Part shown: in pieces, positions 27,290-38,940 of the stretch
Numbering within the stretch: position 1 is the stretch's first letter
Layout: every line of letters begins with the position of its first letter
Assembly: GCF_963921235.1 (NCBI RefSeq)
Contig: NC_086109.1
Span: 20,834,001 to 20,898,000 of the forward strand
DNA: 64,000 nucleotides
Source: Mobula hypostoma
Taxonomy: Eukaryota
Reading direction: 5' to 3'
Translations under genes and position numbers: made by a program
Notes under the pieces: generated by a model
What the model was told of the DNA's origin: nothing
Seen by the model: the letters and a program-made list of their open reading frames with translations, nothing else
The model's database searches: none

Positions 27290-30200
27290 GATAGCTAGTG
27301 CTGAATGTTGGGGTTTAAACTAGAATTACAAGAGGATGGGAACCACAGTGCCAGATGGTTAGTGGACAGGATGTGGAGACTGATGTTGTTAAGACCTCAG
27401 TCAAAATCAAGAACTAAAAGGCTGAGCGTGACAAATGTCCTGAGCTACGTATAATTCAAGGCAAGAAGTATTGTAGGAAGGGCAGACGAGCTCAGGACAG
27501 GGATCACACCTGGAATTAGGGTATTGTAGCCATTGGTGAGTCCTGGTTGCAGGAGGGGCTGGACTGACAGCTCAATGCCCCGGGGTTCTGTTGCTTTAGA
27601 TGTGAGAGAGCGGGAGGGATTATAGGAGAAGGGGTGTTGTTACTAGTCAGAGAAAATGTCACGGGCATTGCTCAGTCATGACAGACTGGAGAACTTGTCT
27701 AGTGAGGCGTTATGGGTGGAAGTGAGAAATAAGAAAGGTATGACCATGTTAATAGGGATACATTACAGACCACCCAACAGTCCGAAAGATTTAGTGGAAC
27801 AAGTTTGCAGAAAGATTGCAGACTGTTGCAAGAAACATAAGGTTATTATAGTAGGTGATTTTGACTTTCCACATATTGATTGGGACTCTCATACTGTAAA
27901 AGAACTAGATGGGGTAGAGTTTGTCAAATGTGTTCAGGAAAGTACATAGAATTCCCAATGAGAGAGTGCGCGATACTTGATCTGCTACTAGGAGGTGAGA
28001 CAAGACAGGTGACAGAAGTTTGTGTCGGAGAACTCTTTGCACCTAATGATCATAATGCCATTAGTTTCAAATATGGAAAAAGATAGGTCTAATCCACAGG
28101 TTGAGATTCTAAATTGGAGAAAGGCCGATTTTGATAGTATCAGAAAGAATTTGGCAAGTGTAGATTGGGACAGGTTGCTTTCGGGGAAAAGTGTATTTGT
28201 TAAGCGGGAGGCCTTCAAAAGTGAAATTTTGAGAGTACAAAGCTTGCATGTGCCTGACAGAATAAAAGATAAATATAACAGACGTAGGGAGCCTTGGTTT
28301 TCAAGGGATATTGCAGACTTGGGTAAGAAAAAGAAAGGAGGTGCATAGTGGGGGTAGGTTGGTAGGAACAAATGAGGTACTTATGGAGTATAGGAAATGC
28401 AAGAGAGCACTGAAGAAAGAAATCAGGAGGGCTAAAAGAAGACATAAAATTGTCCTGGCAGACAAGGTGAAGGAGAATCCAAAGGGATTCTACAGATATG
28501 TTAAGAGCAAAAGGATTGCAAGGGACAAAATTGGTCTTCCAGAAGATCAGAATGGTATTCTATATGTGGAACCAAAAGCGATGAGGGAGATCCTAAATAA
28601 TTTGTTGCCATCTGTATTTACTCAGGTGACACACACTGCGTCTATAGAAGTAAGGCAAAGCAGCACCAACTTCATGGACCCTGTACAGATTACAGAGGAG
28701 GAGGTGTTTGCTGTCATGAGGCAAATCAGGGTAGATAAATCCCCAGGGCCTGACAAGGTGTGCCCTTAGACCATATAGGGGGCAAGTGCAGAAATTGCCA
28801 GGGCCCTAACAGAGATAATTAAATCATCCTTAGTGACAGGTGAGGTACCAGAGGATTGGAGGTTAGCCAATGTTGTTCTGCCGTTCAAGAAAGGCTCTAA
28901 AAGTAAACCAGAAAATTATGGGTCGATGAGCCTGACGTCAGTATTGGGAAAATTATTGGAAGGTATTCTAAGGGACTGGATGTATAAGGATTTAGATCTT
29001 CTTCTTCTGGCTATCCATCTCTTAAGATGACGTTGGTTCCTTTCAGTCAGTTAGTGGGGTTTGATATGTGCGTCCTGGAGTGGCTGTACAGGCTGATCCT
29101 TGACAGGCACTGCTTGCCACACACTTGGCCAGTGAGGCCTGGAGGGGCAACAGGGGCAGAAGTTCTGTTGTGGTGCTTCCTGTGCCTTTCCTCTGTTGCT
29201 TTGTTGAGCTCAGAAACGATTCTCAGCAGCGTCCACACCTTTTCTGATGGCGTCCCTCCACTGTGAGCGATCTTGAGCCAGATCCTCCCATGTTGATGGG
29301 GCAATGTCAACTTTCTTGAGGCTCCTGTGCAGAGCATCCTTGTACCGTAGTCACTGGTCTCCTTGTTTTCGGCTATCACTGGACAGTTGGCCGTACAAGA
29401 TGTCCTTGGGCAGTCTTCAGACTGGCATTCTGACAACATGTCCTGCCCAGCGCAGTTGGGCTGACATCACCAAGGTTGAAACTGCTGGCATTCCGGCTCG
29501 AGATAGGACCTCGGTATTGGAGACCTTGTCTCGCCAGGTGATCTTCATCAGAGAATGTAGGTGACGCTGCTGCAGTTGGTCGAGCTGGCGTAAGTGTCTC
29601 TGATATGGGCACCATGTCTCACATCCGTATAACAAGGTTGATATGACAACAGCTCTGTATACCTTGCACTTGGTGGCCAACCTGATGTTCTGTGTCCAAA
29701 CTCTATCTTTCAGCTGACCAAAGGCAAAGCAGGCTTTTCTGGTTCTTGACTCAATCTCTGCACCCAGAGGAGCTGAGGATGTTATTATGCAGCCCAGGTA
29801 GCAAAACTTGTTGACAGCATTGAGACGAGTGTCACCAATGAGGACAGTTGGTTCTTTGTAGCTTGAGCCAGGAGCTGGTTGGTACAAAACTTCCGTCTTT
29901 TTCAGGCTGATTGTCAGTCCAAAGCTTTTGGCTGCACTGGCAAGTGACTGGTGATCTCCTGCAAGTCTTCGAGAGAGTGGGCAACCAGTGCACAGTCATC
30001 AGCAAACTGTAGCTCATGCACCACAATGTCCCTGACTTTTGTTTTTGCTCTCAATCTTGCAAGGTTGAGGAGCCCACCATCAGCCCTCGTTTGTAGGAAG
30101 ACCCCTAACGTCAGGTCTGATGTGGCATCCTGAAGAACAGCAGTGAAGAATAGTCCAAACAGAGTAGGAGCCAGAACACAACCCTGTTTTACGCCGTTGC

Positions 30201-32925
30201 TGATGGAAAATGGGTCTGACAACTCACCACACACGTTGATGTGGCCTTCCATGCCTTCCTGGAACTGACGGATGATGTTGGTTAGGCGTGGGGGGCAACC
30301 AAATTTTGGTAGGAGCTTCCATAGGCCATCTCTACCAACAGTGTCAAACGCTTTGGTTAGATCAACAAATGTGACATAGAGACTTCTCTGCTGCTCAACA
30401 CATTTCTCTTGGAGCTGCCTCAGTGAAAAGATCATGTCCACTGTACTACGGCTTTCTGGAAGGATGTTGTCACTGATGTTGGACACCAAACTTCTAAGGA
30501 TGATCTTTGCGAGGCATTTTCCTGCAACTGACAGAAGAGAGATGCCACAGTAATTGTTGCAGTCTCCCTTGTCTCCCTTGTTCTTGTAGGTGGTCACGAT
30601 TGATGCATCTTTGAAGTCTTGTGGCAGTTCTGCAAATCCAGTCAGGCCCTGGTGCTTTGTTGGGTTTTAGCTGTTTGATGACTTTGATGACTTTGTGAAG
30701 AGTAGGGGGAGCATCTAGCAACAGTACGGGTCGAGGGTGTACTCTGCCCAGTGCTTCATCGGTGATGGTTCCTAGTCTGTTCAGCAGCTCATGGAAGTGC
30801 TCTTGCCATCTTTTCATGTGCTCTGACTTCTCAGTGAAGATGGATGTACTGTCCTTGCTCAGGAATTGTGAGGTACCTTGTTTTGATGGACCATACACAA
30901 CCTTGATTGCTTCAAAGAAGCTTCTTGAGTCATTACAGTCAGCGAAGGTTTGGCCTTGTTCGCCCACCACTGGTCTTTCATAGCTCTAAGCTGCTTCTGC
31001 AAAGTTGATTTTGCACTCAAAAAGGCATGTTTTTTGGAACTTGAGTTCGGGTGTCGAAGAAGGACCTGGTGTGCAGCTGCCTTAGCTCTTAGAAGCTCTT
31101 GCACAGATTGGTTGCTCTCATCAAACCAGTCCTGATGCTTGCGCTTGACTTTCCCCAAGGTGTTCCGGGCAGCGTTGTAGACCGTTTCTTTGAAGGCATT
31201 CCAGTGCTCAGTAATATCGTCTGGTGGATTCTCAATCAGTCTGCCTAGAGCAGTTTCCGAAGAGGATTTCAGGGCATCAGCACACTCGCAAGCCTGCTTG
31301 GAGGTTTGATCGATAGACATAGGTCCGACCACACCATTTGATGATCAGTTGAGCGCTTAGCTCCACACAGACTCTGGTGATACAAACGTCAGAGATGTCT
31401 CGTTGTCGGGTGATGACATTGTCAATGACATGCCAGCTTTTAGATCGTGGATGCATCCATGTGCAGTTGAGCTCGTCTGGTAATCTGAACAGTGTGTTAG
31501 TAATGCACAGTTTGAATTCTGTGCACATTGAGAGGAGCAGTAGACCATTACCGTTACTGTTGCCAACCCCTTGGCATCCAGTCACACCGGGCCACACAGT
31601 GGACTCCTTGCCAACCCAAGCATTAAAATCTCCCAGCAACAGCAGCTTATTGGAAGTTGCCACGCTACTGATGGTGGTTTTCAGCTCACTGTAGAATGCC
31701 TCCTTGACTTCACTGGGACTAATCAGAGCTGGGGCGTAAACGTTGACTATGGTGAGGCAGCGTTTTCCTTGCAAAGGTGTATGCAAGGTCTGGATTGGGT
31801 CATTTACAGCAACAGTCAGGGTTGGTAGCTTTGCTGCGAGGCAGCTCTTGATAGCCAAGCACACACCAGATTCTCTTCGTTCTTCTTCAGGCCTGCCAGA
31901 CCAAAAGAATGTGTACCCTCCTTTCTCTTCACAAAGCACACCCTCTCCAGTGAGTCGGGACTCCTGGAGAGCCACAATGTCCACTCTGTAGTCCTTGAGC
32001 ACACGAGCAACAAGTGCAGTGCGTCTCTCCGGGCGATCTGAGTTAGCATTGTCCAACAGAGTTCATATGTTCCATGAGGCGATGATCAGATTCTGCTTGT
32101 GGTTCTTACTGCTAGAGTTGGATGACCCCCCAGCCGCGCAGACTGGCCAGGTTGGTGTGAGCGGGCTTTGTTTGAGCCACCTTTTCTAGGCCCTCCCCTA
32201 ATTATAGGGTGAGCAGTGCCTCCCTAAACAGGGCTGCTCAGACACAGAGGCTGCTGCCTCACCGGATCTTCACTCTGTAATCCACGTGTGAGCACTCTCC
32301 CCTGCCACCTGCATACAGACTTGTGACTACGGCTCCCAGCTGGTCACTCCCACCGCTTCGCCACTCGTCCGTCGCTACAGGACTTGGGTGTGTTGAGGAT
32401 ACCCAACCCCTCAGAAAGGAACAGCGTGTGCATGAATGGATTTTAGGTGAGTAGGGGGTTGCACAGGCCCAGACCCACCCTCTCGACATCCCCTCCTGGA
32501 TCCAGCTGCATGGTGGGGTCCAAGACGGCTGGAGGAGGTTCTGTTGCAGTGAATGGCCAGACCAAGCTTCGATGCAAGGGATGCCCTTCCCGCGCTTCAC
32601 AGCACGTGTTTGCTAAATGGCCGTTGACCCTACGAGAGGGTTCATCCGCCCTTTGACAGGTCTTGTTTTTCGTCCTGCAGGGTGTCTAGCCACCGTCCTC
32701 ACCAGGCAAGCCTGGTGGGAGAGCCGGTTTAGTCGCTGACCACCCGACCATGCGGCAGGTAGTACTGGGTTACACTTAGGCGAGTGACCTGATCAACGAG
32801 GATTTAGATAGTCATGGACTGATTAAGGATAGTCAACATAGCTTTATGAGTGTCTAACCAATCTTATAGAGTTTTTCCAGGAAGTTACCAGGAAAGTTGA
32901 TGAAGACAAGGTAATGGATATTGAC
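27290..32925 (+). mobile_element. CR1 LINE ORF2 (27290-28997 and 32799-32925), split by the RTE; 3' half missing
   Basis: YRPPNS, VGDFDFP.IDW, KSPGPD, VPEDWR. The frame resumes DWMYKDLD|SHGLIKDSQ across the RTE. Confidence 0.85.
28998..32798 (-). mobile_element. Apparently full-length RTE-clade LINE (APE-RT, frameshifted)
   Basis: 11-bp TSD AGGATTTAGAT (28987-28997, 32799-32809), (GAA)n tail. DRPERRTALVA, LGDFNA, FVDLTKAFDTV, GVKQGCVLAP, QFADD, LRWAGHV, terminal CGKQC..R..LYSH. Leader of about 0.7 kb. Confidence 0.93.
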
Positions 32926-33291
32926 GATTGTTCATCCATTTCCCCAGATGCTGAGTTCCTCCTGTAGCTTGCATGTGTTTCTCTGGGAATTCAGCACAAA
33001 CGTATTCCGTCGGAGATAGCGCAATAACCACTTCAACCCAGGGCTGGGAATCGAGGTGAGAGTGGTCTAACTACGGATCCTAGAAACCTGGGATTGGAAG
33101 CATTGCTCTTGTTACAATTCTGGGGACCAGGGATTGCAAGAACTTTGCTCAGGGTACAGCCGTAGCACTGGGGCTGCAAAGCCTGGGATTGCCATTCTGG
33201 GAAGGTGTAATAGTAATTGTACTCATTGCAGACCTGAACGGCTTGAACTGGAACTGCAAAGATTTATGTTCATTTATGGTCTTAACTAGTT
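32926..33291 (+). repeat. Inverted duplication, left arm (pairs with 37344-37721)
   Basis: Manual alignment: about 16 substitutions plus one 12-nt deletion over 366 nt. Confidence 0.95.
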
Positions 33292-33309
33292 TTTGGCTCA
33301 TTCTACACT

Positions 33310-34610
33310 CACATGACCCTTTGAGTGAAGGAATTTCCTCTCATGTTCCCCTTAAACTTTTCACCTTTCACCTATAACCTATGACTTCTGGTTGTAGTCC
33401 CACCCAACCTCAGTGGAAAAAGCCTGCTTGCATTTACCCTATCTATACCCCTCACAATTTTGTAAACCTCTATCAAGTCTCTTCTCAATCTTTCCTTATA
33501 ACTCGGGTTTTCAAGACCCAGCAACTTCCTTGTAAATGTTCTCTGTACTCTTTCAACCTTATTTACATTTTTCCTGCAGGTAGGTAACCAAAACTGTACA
33601 CAATACTCCAAATTAGTCCTCACTAACTTCACCATAACATCCCATCACTTGAGCTCAGTACTTGGATTTATGAAGGCCAATGTGCCAAAAGTTTTCTTTA
33701 TGAACTTATCTACCTGTGACACCACTTTCAACAAATTGTGGACCTATATCCCCAGATCCCTTTGTTCTACCACACCCCTCTGGCATTACCGTTAACTGTG
33801 CAAGACCAACTCTGGTTGGTTCTACCGAAGTGCAACACCTCACACTTGTCTGCATTAAATCCCATCTGCCATTTCTCAGATCCTGCTGTAAGCCACAATA
33901 GCCTTCCAGTGTACTGCATCCAGGTTATTGATATGGATGACAAACAACAATTGACCCAGCACTGATCTAAGCAGCACACCACTAGTCACAGGCCTCCAGT
34001 CTACTATCACTTTGTCTTCTCCCACAAAGCCAATGTCTAATCCAATTTACTACCTCATACTGAATGTCACGCCACTTCTAGACCAACCTCTCCGGCAGGA
34101 CCTTGTCAAAGTCCTTGTTAAAGTCCATGTAGACAACATCTACTACCTTACCTTCATCAGCAGTCCAGTTAATTTCCTCAAAAAACTATAAGATTGATTA
34201 AACAGGTCCTACCACACACAGGGCCATGTTGACTATCCCTAATCACTCCCTGTCTATCCAAATACGTATATATCCAGTCATTTAGAAGATCTTCCATTCA
34301 TTTACGCACTACTGATGTCAGGTTCATTGGCCTATAATTTCAAGGTTTATTGTTACAGCCTCTGTTCAATGGTGGAAAAACATTAAATATCTGCCAATCC
34401 CCTGGCACTTCACCTGTTGCTAAGCATATTTTAAGTATCTCTGCTTGGGCTCCTGCACTTTCTGCATTAGCCTCCCACAAGATCCAAGGAAATACCTTGT
34501 CAGGGCCTGGGAATTCATTCACCCTAATCTGCTCAAGGCAGCAAGCACTGTCTCCTCTAATCTCTGTACAGTTGATGACCTCACTGCTGTTTTGCCTCAT
34601 TTCTATAAAC
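33310..34610 (-). mobile_element. CR1 LINE fragment
   Basis: PGPDK, GEVPGDW, WQMGFNADKC, LEYCVQFW. Confidence 0.82.
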
Positions 34611-34647
34611 TTTAGTGAGAGTCCATTTGAAGGGGAACATTAACTTA

Positions 34648-35479
34648 GGCTACGTCCACATTAGACTGAATAATTTTGAAAACGTTGGTTTCGTGTAAAA
34701 ATGATAGGCGTCTACACCAGACGTTTTTGAAAATACCTCTGTCCACATTAAAATGGGTCTTTGGGCGAATCTCCTCCTACTGGGCATGCGCAGGACACAC
34801 AGAAAACAAGCGAAGAGGAAACGGTATACTTGGTGCACGTTTGTCCAGTTACAGACTAGAAAATCTTAAAAGGAAATTGCCAAACGAAAGACTTGGTGCA
34901 CGTTTGTCCAGAAACATTTCCTACAGCCATAGTCTCTTCACCGATGAAAGGGACGACAGGTACAACTAAATGCAATAAGGCTTGTTACTGGACAAAAGTG
35001 AAGTTTGCTGTTAGCTCATTTGTTTGCCTTTACTTTTGCCATGTCTTTGTGTATTATTTTGCTGTATTTAACATGTGCAATAAAACGAGTTGCTGGGCAA
35101 AAGTGGCAATTGCATCTATTGAATGTTTGCACAAGCAATACATTAATAAAGCACCTTGTTAAATGTATAAAACCCGTCTGCATCAGTGTTATCTTGTATT
35201 TCAATACAATGTTACATTAGGATGTTACACATCTAGCGTCAGATATTGTTGTGGTGTTGGAGGTTGCGTTCAAGAAAACAATGAAATGCCGGGCTGCCGC
35301 CACCATTTGTTCCAGCACGTCATGACAGCATTTTTAAAATTAGTCATTTACCCCGTACACACTACAACGCCCAACCTTTGTTTCAGGGGAGGAAAACGCC
35401 GTTTCAGTGTGGACAGAGGGTCAAAACGAAGAGAAAAAGCTTCAGTTATGGATTTATCTGGTCTAGTGTGGACGTAGCC
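34648..35479. mobile_element. Non-autonomous PIF/Harbinger DNA transposon, 832 bp
   Basis: TIRs GGCTACGTCCACAYTAGAC (18/19), 3-bp TSD TTA on both sides, subterminal GTCCACA repeats, no transposase. Confidence 0.88.
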
Positions 35480-35904
35480 TTAGTCTATGTGGATTGTAGC
35501 AAGGCTTTTGACAAGGCCCACGTGATGGGCTGATCATAAGCAAAACCAACATGAGACTGGCATGTCCCCTAGTTTTGGTCTCCCATGTCCTGGGGAAAAG
35601 ACTGTTGCCATCCACCTTAACTATGTTTCTTGGAATTGTAAACATTTCTACAAAATTATCCCTTATTCTCCTATGTTCCAAGGAAGCCTGGCCAACCTGT
35701 CCCAATGACTCAGGCCCACTAGCCCTGCCAACATGCTCATAAATATTTGGTACTATTGACTCATTGAGTCATATAGCACAGGAAACAGGCCATTCAGCCC
35801 AATAGACCCATGCTGATCACCATTTACCCATCTATTCTACTTAACAGTGGTTGGTCCATAGCCAGCTCATCCTTTGCAATTTAAGTGCTTCTCTACAAGC
35901 TTTT

Positions 35905-36790
35905 AAATGTCTCGGGTAATGATGAGTTTGAGTCCAGAGAGGAAATTAAGAACCTGGTGGCATGGTGCAAAGACAATAACCTATCCCTCAACGTCAGCAA
36001 GACGAAGGAATTGGTTGTTGACTTCAGAAGGAGTAGCGGACCGCACGACCCAATTTACATCGGTGGTGCGCAAGTGGAACAGGTCAAAAGCTTTAAGTTC
36101 CTCGGGGTCAATATCACAAATGACCTGACTTGGTCCAATCACACAGAGTCCACTGCCAAGAAGGCCCACTAGCGCCTTTATTTCCTGGGAAAACTAAAGA
36201 AATTTGGTCTGTCCCCTGAAACCCTCACTAATTTTTATAGATGCACTGTAGAAAGCATTCTTCTAGGGTGCATCACAACCTGGTATGGAACTTGTCCTGT
36301 CCAAGACCGGAAGAAGCTGCAAAAGATCGTGAACACGGCTCAGCACATCACACAAACCAATCTTCCATCCTGGACTCACTTTACACCGCACGCTGTCGGA
36401 GCAGTGCTGCCAGGAAAATCAAGGACACGACTCACCCAGCCAACACACTTTTCGTACCTCTTCCCTCCGGGAGAAGGCTCAGGAGCTCGAAGATTCGTAC
36501 GGCCAGATTTGGGAACAGCTTCTTTCCAACTGTGATAAGACTGCTGAACGGATCCTGACCCAGATCTGGGCCGTACCCTCCAAATATCCGGACCTGCCTC
36601 TCGGTTTTTTATTTGCACTACCTTACTTTCCATTTTCTATTTTCTATTTATGATTTATAATTTAAATTTTTAATATTTACTATCGATTTGTACTCCAGGG
36701 AGCGGGAAGCGCAGAATCAAATATCGTGATGATTGTACGTTCTAGTATCAATTGTTTAGCGACAATAAAGTATAAGGTATCATAAAGTAT
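35905..36790 (+). mobile_element. Rex1/Babar-type LINE 3' fragment
   Basis: LSLNVSKTKELVVDFR, FKFLGV, FFPTVIRLLN. AATAAAGTAT-type tail. Confidence 0.82.
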
Positions 36791-37343
36791 GTTATCCTCC
36801 ACCCTCCTGGGCACCACATTCCAAACTCCAGCCAGCATCTGTAGGTGAATATAAAATTATTCCCTATATCCTCTCTCAACCTCTTACTCCTTACCTTTAA
36901 CCCATGTCCCTTGGTCATAGACACCTCTCACATGGGCAATGGTTTACTGCCCTTGTGAAGTTTAGGGCCCTACTACTAAAGGTGTCTGAGCTTCCTTTAT
37001 TTGACATTCTAAAGTGAATTATCTGGCAGTTATCAGGATCAGATTCCATCTGCCATTGCTCTGCCCAGTTTACCAGCTGATCAATATATTTCTATAGCAA
37101 CACAGAAAACACCTCTCCTGTCTCCAAAGATATTTCTATAATCTTAGACTATCCCCTCACCATCCATTTTTTTTGTGTCTTGCAAATTTAACCCCACCAC
37201 CCCCTCACCTTAATACTGTATCTGAGTTGTTAATATGTAATAACAAACCAAAAGGGTGCACTCTGGTCACAAGCTTCCAATCACAAAAGCATTTCAGGAT
37301 GTATATTGTATACATTTCTCTGACATTAACTTGGACTTTAAAG

Positions 37344-37721
37344 AACTAGTTAAGACCATAAATGAACATAAATCTTTGCAGTTCCAGTTCAAGCCGTTCA
37401 GGTCTGCAATGAGTACAATTACTATTACACCTGCCCAAAATGGCAATCCCAGGCTTTGCAGCCCCAGTGCTACGGCTGTACCCTGAGCAAAATTCTTGCA
37501 ATCCCAGGTCCCCGGAATTGTAACAAGAGCAATGCTTCCAATCCCAGGTTTCTAGGATCCATAGTTAGACCACTCTCACCTCGATTCCCAGCCCTGGGTT
37601 GAAGTGGTTATTGCGCTATCTCCGATGGAATACGTCTGTGCTGAATTTCCAGAGCAACACGGGCAAGTTACAGGAGGAACTCAGCAGGTCAGGCAGCATC
37701 TAGGGAAATGAATGAACAGTC
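37344..37721 (-). repeat. Inverted duplication, right arm
   Basis: Reverse complement of 32926-33291. Continues into a PLE terminal repeat. Confidence 0.95.
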
Positions 37722-37752
37722 GACATTTCGGACCGAGATCCTTCTTCAGGAC
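37719..37752 (-). ncRNA. Minimal hammerhead ribozyme motif in a PLE end upstream of MOV10
   Basis: GTC-CTGAAGA-A-GGA(TCTCGG)TCC-GAAA-TG-TC-GAC. Core intact, stem II shows a compensatory GGA/TCC pair, stem III is ATGT. Confidence 0.6.
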
Positions 37753-37803
37753 GGGAGAAGAAGCGGGAGAAGGTGGGGGACGGGAAAGAGAACAAGTTGG
37801 GAG

Positions 37804-37946
37804 ATTAAAAACGCAAACACGAGGAATTCTGCAGATGCTGGAAATTCAAGCAACACACATCAAAGTTGCGGGTGAACGCAGCAGGCCAGGCAGCATCTCT
37901 AGGAAAGAGGTACAGTCTACGTTTCAGGCTCAGACCCTTCGTCAAT
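37804..37946 (-). mobile_element. Short PLE terminal-repeat insertion nested in an older PLE end
   Basis: Near-identical to 5493-5622. GTTGGGAG direct repeats at 37796-37803 and 37947-37954. Confidence 0.75.
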
Positions 37947-38438
37947 GTTGGGAGGTGATAGGTGAAGTCAGGTGGGTGGTGAAGGAGGGGTGGGGGGGGA
38001 AGAGATGAAGAACGAAACTGAAAAGTGGAACGCAGCTGAAGTTCCGATCTTTATCTGGTGTCTTTATTTCAGTCAAGATGGTTATAAATTGTTTCCTAGC
38101 AGCACAATGTTGTTCATTAGAGTAGCTGTGTTACGTTACGTTTTGTATTCAGAGTGGGGATATTGTTACTAGAAGGAGCAGATGGCCGACCAGTTTTGGA
38201 TAAGATTCTCTTCAGTGAAAATCGGGAAAAGGCAAGGGCAGACACCGAAACTTCCTATTGGGTCGACTTGTTTTTTAACATAGCATTTTCGAACCGGAAC
38301 AGAAATTAAGCTTTTAGACTGCGTTCAGAGACAAGTTGAAGGATGCCCCCCAGAGCACACATTGTGCAACTTCAAACTGAGTTTTACGTACGCCAGTAAT
38401 TTGCAAACGTGCTCCGCAGAGTGTCCTGGGGTTGCAAC

Positions 38439-38448
38439 GGAGAATCCC
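38439..38448 (-). promoter_or_regulatory. NF-kB consensus site (candidate)
   Basis: GGGATTCTCC on the minus strand fits GGGRNWYYCC. Motif match only. Confidence 0.35.
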
Positions 38449-38593
38449 TTATTGATTGCATCGCCGTGGGTATCGGACCTGGGATCTCCATCCCTGATTT
38501 CCCTCCTACTCTCTCTCCAGGATTTCCACCATCGTGGATGAAGTTTTGTATTTTTTTTGGCGGCAGTCTGCGAGAACAGCTGTTACCCGGCCG

Positions 38594-38611
38594 AGTTTCA
38601 CTTTCGTTTCC
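38594..38611 (+). promoter_or_regulatory. ISRE / IRF element about 200 bp upstream of the MOV10 ATG
   Basis: AGTTTCACTTTCGTTTCC: match to ISRE consensus AGTTTCNNTTTC plus a third TTTC core, overlapping TTCCGGAA. Confidence 0.75.
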
Positions 38612-38803
38612 GGAATGTAATGAGAATAATTACGTTACGAAAAAAACCCTGAAACAAATTACGGTTGACTCACGGCGACTCGTCTCTTCAAAGCGCAGTA
38701 TTCAGTGACGCTTTGAACCTCGCCCCCTTGATTCACTTTATTTCGACTTTCAGAGTTGTAACTCTTCGCTCGAGTATCACTTAACTTAAAACTCAGACTT
38801 AAG

Positions 38804-38940
38804 ATGTCCAGGAAACGTAGTTTGAAGGAAAAACGTGAAGTCGGGCTGCAGTTCATAAGATTTCTCCAGGATACAGGCCAACAACAAGTGACCGACAAAG
38901 AACAACTTAAAAATATTTACAATTCTCAGTTCAGGGGCAG
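38804..38940 (+). CDS. MOV10: MOV10 coding exon 1 (MSRKRSLKEKREVGLQFIRFLQDTGQQQVTDKEQLKNIYNSQFRG)
   Basis: aagATG with A at -3, in-frame TAA at 38759-38761, donor CAG|GTAACA, 137 nt. Resembles the MOV10 N-terminus. Confidence 0.88.

Noticed and set aside
35483..35540. Continuation of the CR1 broken at 32925
   Set aside because: It joins to 34620-34647 across the Harbinger element, so it is a separate older fragment.
1..38000. Exons of an upstream neighbour gene
   Set aside because: No non-TE coding exon was recognised. Small or non-coding exons could have been missed by eye.
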